DNA of 29,227 nucleotides from an uncultured Lachnospiraceae bacterium (GTDB lineage Bacteria; Bacillota; Clostridia; Lachnospirales; Lachnospiraceae): NCBI GenBank assembly GCA_910588755.1, contig CAJUQZ010000022.1, positions 3,728 to 32,954 of the forward strand, read 5' to 3'. Shown piece by piece: positions 22,235 to 29,227 of this stretch (position 1 is its first letter; each line of letters starts with the position of its first letter). The notes under the pieces were generated by a model. It saw only the letters and a program-made list of their open reading frames with translations, ran no database searches and was not told where the DNA came from. The position numbers and the translations under genes were made by a program.

Positions 22235-24358
22235 TTATTCATTCTGAAATATTAATGTTAAAATATTACTGCCACTGCTGTATTTATAGTCCACCTGGTC
22301 AGCCAGCTCAAAAGCAATCAGCCGCCCCAGGCCGCCAATCTGTGTGTCGATGTCATACGCCTCCACGTCCACCATATGCTCGCGCGGGTCAAATGCCCGG
22401 CCGCTGTCGCGGATTTCCACCAGAACCTGATCTGATACTGTCATATAAATCTCCACGTCCCCACGCCTATATGCATTATTCTGCCTCACATCGTTCTGCT
22501 GTGCTTTACCTGGTGGCTCACCTTTCTGCTGTGCTTTATCCCGTTGTACATTACTTGATGTCTCACCATTCTGTTGTGCTTTCTCATGTGGTGGCTCACT
22601 TAGCTGCATATTATCCTGCATCTCACAGTCATCATATGCATAACTACATATATTGACATAGATTTCCTCCACGGCGAGGCAAAGCTTTTTTTTCAGAGTG
22701 TCCGCAAGCTGCGCATTTTCCAGGAAAAACTGCTGAACTGTCTCGAGATTTTCGAGCGCAGCCGTGACACGCAGCCGAAATCCTGGCAGCGCGCAGAAGA
22801 CCAGCATGGTTATGTCATCGCTCTGCGGCGTATCCTGCGCAAAGCCGCGCACGCCGTCGAGCACGGACTGCACGCACTGCTCCCGCTCCTGCCTTGACAA
22901 GATCTGCTCCAGACGCCTGAGCCCGAAAAATTCCTTATCCCTGCTGACGGCCTCGTTCACACCGTCCGTGTACAGAAATACCGTGTCATTGTCCTTTAGC
23001 TCTACTGTGCTCTCCTCGTAGGCCTCGTCCTCAAAGATGCCGATGGCCATTCCCCTGGAACTGTCCAGATTTTGCAGGCCGTCCGAAGCTGTATTTTCCT
23101 CTGAAGCCAAAATCAGGTACGGCGGATTGTGCCCTGCATTGGCGTAGACAAACTTGCGTGTGCGGCTGTCGTAGATTCCCACAAACAGCGTTATAAACAG
23201 TTGTTCCGGATTGCTGCCGCACAGGGTGTTGTTGGTGCGAAACAGAATTTCCGACGGAGAATACCCAAGCTTTGCATACTGCCGCACCACCGTGATCGCG
23301 CTTGCCATAAACAGCGCCGCCGTGACGCCTTTTCCGGAGACGTCCGCAATGACCGTACAGAATAGGTCATCGTCCATGCTAAAATAGTCGTAAAAATCCC
23401 CGCCAACCTCCTGGGCCGGAATCATGACGGCCCTCAGGCAGATACTGCCCGACTGGAAATCCGCCCGCGGCAATAGCCCCTGCTGAATCCTTCCCGCTAT
23501 GCCGATCTCTGCCTCCCTGTGGTGCTTTTCCTCCGTCAGCGCATTAATGTTTTTGATGTAGTGGTCGATCTCCTCTGTCATCTGGTAAAAGGTATCTGCC
23601 ATCTGGGCAATCTCGTCCCCACCCTTCACCTCAATCCGCTCAAACACGGCCTGCCGGTCTGACGCAAACTGCCGCATCTGCGTGCTGATCATCTTTGCCG
23701 GCTTTAACACCCTCGCCTTCAAAAGCACCGCCAGCACCGCCAGGATAAACACAAACGAGGCGGCCACTGTCACCACCATGATCTGATACCGCTGCAGAAA
23801 GCTTGCGATCGCCTCGTCCAGGGACACGTCCGCAGCCACCAGCGCCACCGCCTTTCCGGCCGTGTCATACACTGCGCTGTACGCCGTCAGCACATGCCCG
23901 TATTGATTGTCGGTCTCCTCCACATCTCCTGTTGTCTGTCCGTCCCACGCGCGGCGCTCTGTCTCGGTCAGCACATACGGCACAACCGTTCCGGGAACCC
24001 GCTCCGTTTTCGCCAGTTCCTGGCTGCCGCTCCCGTAGATCACCATATCAAACGTGATTGTATCCCGCTCAAAATCCGGCGTATAGAGATACAGATATTG
24101 CAGGTCATTCGTCCGGCTAAGATCCTCCAGGACAAACCTGTAGTCCTGCGCATAGTCTTCGTTCGTCCTGAGCCGCTCCAAGTCCGCACCGTCAAGCAAG
24201 TCCGCCGCCACAGTCGCCGCTGCCGAAGCATAATAAACATACGTTCTCCTCACTGTGGTTTTGACTGCGGAGAACCCAAGCATCAGCAGCACAGTATCCG
24301 TGACAAGCAAAACAGCCGCTATGGTAATCAGTATTTTCGTGATAATCGACTTTTTCAA
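22235..24358 (-). CDS. Single polypeptide with domain order TM, Cache-like sensor, TM, HAMP, PP2C (SpoIIE-type) phosphatase, RsbW-like HATPase kinase domain
   Basis: The start is TTG, 5 nt after AGGAGG. The PP2C motifs read EVGGDFYDYFSMDDDLFCTVIADVSGKGVTAALFM...ANAGHNPPYL...LYTDGVNEA...DDITMLVF. The C-terminal domain reads LCLAVEEIYVNICSYAY (N-box), then a Q/K-rich insertion of about 45 aa, then VLVEIRDSGRAFDP (G1) and IGGLGRLIAFELADQVDY (G2). Confidence 0.9.
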   Translation of the reverse strand: MKKSIITKILITIAAVLLVTDTVLLMLGFSAVKTTVRRTYVYYASAAATVAADLLDGADLERLRTNEDYAQDYRFVLEDLSRTNDLQYLYLYTPDFERDTITFDMVIYGSGSQELAKTERVPGTVVPYVLTETERRAWDGQTTGDVEETDNQYGHVLTAYSAVYDTAGKAVALVAADVSLDEAIASFLQRYQIMVVTVAASFVFILAVLAVLLKARVLKPAKMISTQMRQFASDRQAVFERIEVKGGDEIAQMADTFYQMTEEIDHYIKNINALTEEKHHREAEIGIAGRIQQGLLPRADFQSGSICLRAVMIPAQEVGGDFYDYFSMDDDLFCTVIADVSGKGVTAALFMASAITVVRQYAKLGYSPSEILFRTNNTLCGSNPEQLFITLFVGIYDSRTRKFVYANAGHNPPYLILASEENTASDGLQNLDSSRGMAIGIFEDEAYEESTVELKDNDTVFLYTDGVNEAVSRDKEFFGLRRLEQILSRQEREQCVQSVLDGVRGFAQDTPQSDDITMLVFCALPGFRLRVTAALENLETVQQFFLENAQLADTLKKKLCLAVEEIYVNICSYAYDDCEMQDNMQLSEPPHEKAQQNGETSSNVQRDKAQQKGEPPGKAQQNDVRQNNAYRRGDVEIYMTVSDQVLVEIRDSGRAFDPREHMVDVEAYDIDTQIGGLGRLIAFELADQVDYKYSSGSNILTLIFQNE

Positions 24359-24423
24359 TGTTACCTCCTAGTATAGCGTTGTCTAAATAACGGTGAAAAA
24401 CAGTGCCTGATATTTGTGACAGC

Positions 24424-25083
24424 TCAAAGCGAAGGAAGGAGGTAATGCACCATTTTCACGCAGCCAGAAAACGTCTCCTCCTCCGCGCAGACAGACACCT
24501 GATATCCGGGAACGCTGTATTCCTTCATATGGCACGCAAGCACCCTTCCCCCACGGCGCACCCGAATCTGTCCGTCCGCAGGCAGCGCCGCAAAATCCTG
24601 CAGAGGAAGAAACATTCCCTCCCCTGTCATTTTGACATAACTTTCCTTCCATGTCCAGAGACGGTAGAACATTTCTGTCCGCGCCTGCCCCTGAAACGCC
24701 CTTAGATAGGCCGCCTCCTCCAAGTGGAAAAAGCGCTCCGCCACACCCTCCGGCTCCTCTGCGATTTTCTCGATATCGCAGCCTACGGCTTTTTCGCCCA
24801 CCGCGCAGATCACCAGGTCGCCGGAATGCGAAAGGTTAAAATGCACCCGCTGCGCCTCAGGCTTTCCCGCCGCGCCGTACACAACCGCCTCCGGGTTCTC
24901 CCCGTATAGCGGCAGAATGCGCGCAAGCAATAGCCCCGCGCCCAGGCATCGTTTTCTGTCCTCCGCACGCACGAATGAAAGTACCTTCTGCCTGCGGCGG
25001 CTGCCAATCTCATGGAGCACCGCCGGATGCGCCCTCGCGTCCGGCAATGTCCTGATATCTGTCATATATAAATCGACTGCCAT
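24424..25083 (-). CDS. Sfp-type 4'-phosphopantetheinyl transferase
   Basis: The sequence reads FNLSHSGDLVICAVGEKAVGCDIEKI...FYRLWTWKESYVKMTGEG. A GGAGAA SD lies 7 nt before the ATG at 25083; the track start at 25089 is a TTG. Confidence 0.85.
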   Translation of the reverse strand: MAVDLYMTDIRTLPDARAHPAVLHEIGSRRRQKVLSFVRAEDRKRCLGAGLLLARILPLYGENPEAVVYGAAGKPEAQRVHFNLSHSGDLVICAVGEKAVGCDIEKIAEEPEGVAERFFHLEEAAYLRAFQGQARTEMFYRLWTWKESYVKMTGEGMFLPLQDFAALPADGQIRVRRGGRVLACHMKEYSVPGYQVSVCAEEETFSGCVKMVHYLLPSL

Positions 25084-25124
25084 GTACAACTTCTCCGTAA
25101 TCCCTATTCATAGTCAATTTCTAA

Positions 25125-25246
25125 GCGATACTCACGACAGATGAAATCTGCTGTAAGTATCGCGCCAACCGCAGCCGCATAGCGGCATATTTCCTTATGC
25201 GGTTGTGCGCATCTCCTTATACTAAGCGGTCTGTCTTTTCGACCGC
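25125..25246 (-). promoter_or_regulatory. Three consecutive stem-loops in the NRPS-PPTase spacer (function unknown)
   Basis: Hairpin A (25125-25163) pairs GCGATACT.AC..CAGAT with ATCTG.TGT.AGTATCGC. Hairpin B (25166-25205) pairs CAACCGCA with TGCGGTTG and encloses the inner hairpin GCCGCataGCGGC. Hairpin C (25226-25246) pairs GCGGTC with GACCGC. None has a clean U-tract. Confidence 0.3.
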
Positions 25247-25307
25247 CAGTATATTCCCTGTCTATTCGCAGTCTATTATCAGCCTATTCACACTCTGTCC
25301 ATAATGC

Positions 25308-28300
25308 CTACTCAAAAAATCCCAGCTTGTCGAGCGCGTCAACGGCGTTTTCCAGATAGCGGTCATCTGTGATTGGCCACTTGTAACCCAGGCGGTAGAG
25401 CACCTGCGTAGTAAACTGGTTCTGATACCCGACTGTGTAAATCTCCTCCTCGTTTCTCGACGCATAGGCAATCAGCCCGGAAACGGCATCGCTGTCCTCG
25501 TGGCCCGCCGCGTACGTCTTCACTGCCTGCTCAAATGTCTCGTCCGCCACGATCTGGATATCAAAACCGTGGTTTCTCATGGCGTAAATCAAATCACCCA
25601 TATAAATCTGGTGACTATTGCACGCATGGTAGACCGTAAACCGCTTATCCGTCCCCGCCAGCTTTAAAATCGCCACCGCCGTGGAGTCAATCGGTGAAAA
25701 TTCCGCGCGCTCGTTCATGCCGCTCATGGGGAACATACCCACGGCCACATAGCCGCGGATGCCGCGCAGGAAACCGTTTGTGACGGAGTTAATCTGGAAC
25801 TCGCCGTCCGAATCCCGGCTCATCAGGTTGCCCACGCGGATAATTTTCGCGTTCAAGCCGTTCTGCGCAGCCTCCAGCACATAGCGCTCCGCCATGAATT
25901 TCGTCCTGATGTACTCGTTGGTAATGCGCTGTCCGATATACAGTTCATGCTCGCCCAGCTCCCTATCTTGACCAGGTTGGTCATTTATTCCTTCTCCCGC
26001 GACAGACACGGTGGAAATCTGTATCAGCCGCCGTCCCAGCTCGCTGCACAAAGCTATCAGGTTCCTTGTCCCATCCACATTGATCCGCTGCAGAGAGTCG
26101 TCGGCCGCAAAGTGCTTGACGCAGGCCGCGCAGTTGATGAGCGTCCTGAACGGATAGCGCTTTGCCTTCTCCAAGGATTTCGCCTCTGTGATATCTCCCT
26201 CTATGCAGATGATGCGCTCCCCGAACAGTTCCTCGCAAGGGTCGTCAAAATAGTACATCAGCATATTCATCAACCGTCTTTCAGGGGACACGTAGCTGCC
26301 CTTTCGCACCAGCGCATACACCTTGCCTTCCTGGGTGTCCAGATATGCCTTGAGCACATGGATTCCCAGAAAGCCCGTAGCGCCTGTCAACAGGATATTT
26401 CCGATCGCCTCCTCCTTTACCAGGTCTGCGTTCTTTGCCCTGTTTGGCAGCAGGACATGCTGAATCTTCTCATAGTTGTAATCTGTAATCTCGTTTTTCT
26501 CTACCGTCTCCTCCACGGTATCCTCGTACACCTGTGCTGCCAGTTGTCTGACGGTAGGGTGCTTGAAAATATCCGCGTACACGACAGGCAGTTTTTTGGC
26601 AAGGCACAGCACCGCAATCTTGGAGGCCGTAAGGCTCGTTCCGCCCAGTGTGAAGAAATTGTCGTCTATGCCGACTTTTTCCATGCCAAGCGCCTTCTCA
26701 AACATCTCGCACAGCTGTCTTTGCACCTCGTTGACAGGCGGTTCGTAGCCGTCCCGCTCCGCCTGGATTTCAGGCATCGGAAGCGCCCGCTTGTCAATCT
26801 TGCCGCCCGGCATCAACGGCATGTTCTCAAGATGGATATAAAATGCCGGAATCATGTACTCTGGCAGAAGCGGCTCTAAAAATGCCTGCCATGCCGCCGT
26901 CTCCGGGGCAGCCCCGGTATAGTAGGCCGCGATATACTTGTTGCCGCCCTTCTCAATCACCGTGACTGCTGCCTCTTTAATTCCCTCATGGGAGAGCACA
27001 GCGCCCTCAATCTCGCTAAGCTCCACCCGGTAGCCGCGAATCTTTACCTGGGAGTCAATGCGCCCGATGTACTCGATATTGCCGTCGCCCCTCATGCGCA
27101 CCATGTCCCCTGTGTGGTACATTCTGGCATCGTCCGCGCAGGTTGTAAACGGATTGGCCACAAAGGCGGCCGCCGTCTTTTCCGGAAGGTTGTGGTATCC
27201 CCTTGCGATCTGCCGCCCGGCAAGGCACAGCTCCCCGGACGCGCCCACAGGCAGGCGGTTTAATCCCTCGTCGAGCACATAGCAGCGCACGTTTGTCTGT
27301 GCCTTTCCGATTGGAATATTTTTGTACTCTTTGTCCACCACAAACTCTGTGGAGGACACGGTATTCTCCGTCGGCCCATAGCCGTTAATCATCGTGTAGC
27401 TTCTATTATAATAGCGCTTAAACTTCTCGCCGCCCAGCGTCAGATAACGCAGCGCGCAGTTGTCCGTCAGAATCTCCGCCACCAGTTCACCCATCTGCGT
27501 GGGGAATGTGGCTATGGTAATCTTCTCATTGCGAATGGTCTCTGCCACCTGCAGCGCGTCCTTGCGGACGGATTCCGGGAAAATATACAGCAGCGCCCCG
27601 CACGCATGCGCCATAAACAGGTCGTGCACAGAGGCGTCGAAGCAAAAGCTTGCAAACTCCGCGATGATATCCTCTGGCGTAAAGTGTAAGAAGTTCACTG
27701 TGTGCATAATCAGGTTGACCAGGTTTCTGTGCTCGAGCATCACGCCCTTTGGCTTTCCCGTGGAGCCGGACGTATAGATCATGTACGCTAAGTTTTCCGG
27801 CTTTGCCTGTGGAAGCGCGGCAGTGCGTTTGAAGTCCCTGCCCTTCTCCTCCACCTCATCAAGCCAGATCACATTGCCCTGGTAAAACTCCACAAGCCCC
27901 GCGTATTCCCGCACTGCGAGCAGATTGTCCGCGCCCGAGTCCGAGAGCATGTATTCGAGTCTGTCCTGCGGATACTCCGGGTCAAGCGGCACATACGCGC
28001 CGCCGGCTTTCATCGCGCCGATATAGCCGATGACAAACTCTTTGGTTCTCCCTGACAGGATTCCGGCCACCTTCTCTGTGCCAAATCCATTTTTCAGCAA
28101 TTGTTCTGCCACATAATCGGACATCTGATCCAGCTCGCGGTAGGTGATTGTTCCATTTTCATCGCGCACCGCCGGCCTGTCCGGGTAATGCTCCACCGAC
28201 TGGCGGAACAGATCGACAAACGTCTTGCCGGTATATGCCGGATTGTCTGTCATCTTGCTGCACTCCTCAAACAGCAGCCTGATCTGATCGGCGTATCCGC

Positions 28301-29227
28301 CCTCTGCCAGACCGCTTTCTTCTGTGTCAGTAAACGCGCCTGATGACGTGCTTCCTGCCCTGTCAGCTGACGTGCCTTCTGACATGCTTCCTGCCTTGTC
28401 AGCTGATTTGCCTTCTGCCACACTTCCTGCCTTGTCAGCTGATTTGCCTTCTGACACACTTCCTGCCTTGTCAGCAGACATATTTGCTGACAGGTCTACC
28501 GTCTTGTTTGCCGCGAGCGAGAAATTCTCGAGAATATAGTCGATGGATTCCGCCTCAAACAAATCTTTTCTGTATTCCAGCTCGTATACAAAGCACCCGT
28601 TCTCGATGCTGACCGCCAGTGATACCGGCGCCTTGGCAGCATTTAAGTGCAGCGGGACTTCCTCCGCCTTCTCCTGTCCTATGGAGTCAAATACAAAGCT
28701 CTCCCCCTGGTACACCAGCATCGCCCTTGGCTGAATCTGGTATGCCCTGCTGATCTCCGAGAACGGATAGATGTCCATATCCATCTCATTCATGAGCTGT
28801 TCTTTCAGTCCCTGGAAATAGTGTGCCACATCACCGTCTAGGTCGCAGCGCACCGGGAGCGTCTTTACCAGCATTCCAACCGTATCCGAAAGGCGCGAGT
28901 CGTTCCGCCCGTGATAGATGGTCGTAAACACGGCTGTCTTTTTGAAATTGTATTTTGCCAGCAGGAGACCGAATACGCCGGTAAAAAATACATTCTCCGT
29001 GATTCCGTATGCTTCGCAGAACTTATGTACGTTTTCTGTCGTCAGGCGCTCGTCAACAAACCGCACATTGCCAACGGACGGCTTCTCCTCCTGCTTATCT
29101 GGATAAAAGCAGGTGTCTCCGCCGCAGTCCGCGTATACGCTGCGGTAATATTCCTCCGCCTTTTTATAAGCGTCTGTCTGCAGCGCCGCCTCATGGGTTT
29201 CCGGTGTAACGCCGGCACAGCAGTCTG
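25308..29227 (-). CDS. Non-ribosomal peptide synthetase, terminal module C-A-T-R (thioester reductase release). The 5' end lies beyond the right window edge.
   Basis: The frame is open from base 29225 downward; the track's M at 29066 is an internal GTG. A C-terminal part of a condensation domain comes first. The A-domain cores are LAYMIYTSGSTGKPKGV, NGYGPTE, GELCLAGRQIARGY, YHTGDMV, GRIDSQVKIRGYRVELSEIE and PGGKIDKRAL. The carrier-domain motif is DNFFTLGGTSL. The reductase motifs are ILLTGATGFLG and YIRTK. Confidence 0.95.
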   Translation of the reverse strand, partial: DCCAGVTPETHEAALQTDAYKKAEEYYRSVYADCGGDTCFYPDKQEEKPSVGNVRFVDERLTTENVHKFCEAYGITENVFFTGVFGLLLAKYNFKKTAVFTTIYHGRNDSRLSDTVGMLVKTLPVRCDLDGDVAHYFQGLKEQLMNEMDMDIYPFSEISRAYQIQPRAMLVYQGESFVFDSIGQEKAEEVPLHLNAAKAPVSLAVSIENGCFVYELEYRKDLFEAESIDYILENFSLAANKTVDLSANMSADKAGSVSEGKSADKAGSVAEGKSADKAGSMSEGTSADRAGSTSSGAFTDTEESGLAEGGYADQIRLLFEECSKMTDNPAYTGKTFVDLFRQSVEHYPDRPAVRDENGTITYRELDQMSDYVAEQLLKNGFGTEKVAGILSGRTKEFVIGYIGAMKAGGAYVPLDPEYPQDRLEYMLSDSGADNLLAVREYAGLVEFYQGNVIWLDEVEEKGRDFKRTAALPQAKPENLAYMIYTSGSTGKPKGVMLEHRNLVNLIMHTVNFLHFTPEDIIAEFASFCFDASVHDLFMAHACGALLYIFPESVRKDALQVAETIRNEKITIATFPTQMGELVAEILTDNCALRYLTLGGEKFKRYYNRSYTMINGYGPTENTVSSTEFVVDKEYKNIPIGKAQTNVRCYVLDEGLNRLPVGASGELCLAGRQIARGYHNLPEKTAAAFVANPFTTCADDARMYHTGDMVRMRGDGNIEYIGRIDSQVKIRGYRVELSEIEGAVLSHEGIKEAAVTVIEKGGNKYIAAYYTGAAPETAAWQAFLEPLLPEYMIPAFYIHLENMPLMPGGKIDKRALPMPEIQAERDGYEPPVNEVQRQLCEMFEKALGMEKVGIDDNFFTLGGTSLTASKIAVLCLAKKLPVVYADIFKHPTVRQLAAQVYEDTVEETVEKNEITDYNYEKIQHVLLPNRAKNADLVKEEAIGNILLTGATGFLGIHVLKAYLDTQEGKVYALVRKGSYVSPERRLMNMLMYYFDDPCEELFGERIICIEGDITEAKSLEKAKRYPFRTLINCAACVKHFAADDSLQRINVDGTRNLIALCSELGRRLIQISTVSVAGEGINDQPGQDRELGEHELYIGQRITNEYIRTKFMAERYVLEAAQNGLNAKIIRVGNLMSRDSDGEFQINSVTNGFLRGIRGYVAVGMFPMSGMNERAEFSPIDSTAVAILKLAGTDKRFTVYHACNSHQIYMGDLIYAMRNHGFDIQIVADETFEQAVKTYAAGHEDSDAVSGLIAYASRNEEEIYTVGYQNQFTTQVLYRLGYKWPITDDRYLENAVDALDKLGFFE
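28351..28478 (-). repeat. In-frame 36-nt tandem repeats (about 3.5 copies) encoding SADKAGS(V/M)(S/A)EG(K/T) in the C-A interdomain linker of the NRPS
   Basis: The plus-strand units begin at 28351, 28387, 28423 and 28459: cttcctgcc(c/t)tgtcagctga..tgccttctg.ca... The fourth unit is diverged. Confidence 0.9.

Overview
The window is Firmicutes/Clostridia-like, judged from strong GGAGG Shine-Dalgarno sites and abundant SpoIIE/STAS/RsbW-type modules. It contains no rRNA, tRNA, CRISPR array or recognisable transposase, and it splits into three blocks.

Block A (1-7540) is GC-rich; single 60-nt lines I counted were about 58-60% GC. It holds the 5' part of a contractile-tail sheath gene running off the left edge. 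Diverging from it is an operon encoding a MalT-type STAND NTPase fused to a C-terminal SARP (wHTH+BTAD) module, an Afp15-like AAA+ ATPase, and a K/E/Q-rich repeat protein. This looks like the edge of an extracellular contractile injection system (eCIS) locus.

Block B (7537-21900) is lower in GC; counted lines were about 42-48%. It carries a long minus-strand gene train: DeoR regulator, amber-interrupted P-loop kinase, APH-fold kinase, MATE pump fused to an RsbW-like HATPase domain, stand-alone cNMP-binding protein, RsbW-like kinase, STAS antagonist, beta-propeller/Cache-like/MFS fusion, GNAT, and a Cache-like/HAMP/PP2C phosphatase. This is a partner-switching cascade with no sigma factor that appears wired to transporters. 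It is my best candidate for an undescribed system. Block B also holds a divergent MetRS-like class I tRNA-ligase paralogue behind a structured leader, and a small membrane protein.

Block C (21921-29227) is GC-rich again. It is one minus-strand operon: an NRPS (C-A-T-R, 5' end outside the window), an Sfp-type PPTase, a single polypeptide combining sensor, PP2C and RsbW-like kinase, and a second STAS protein. It ends at a strong bidirectional terminator.

All functional calls come from reading motifs by eye. No database search was run.
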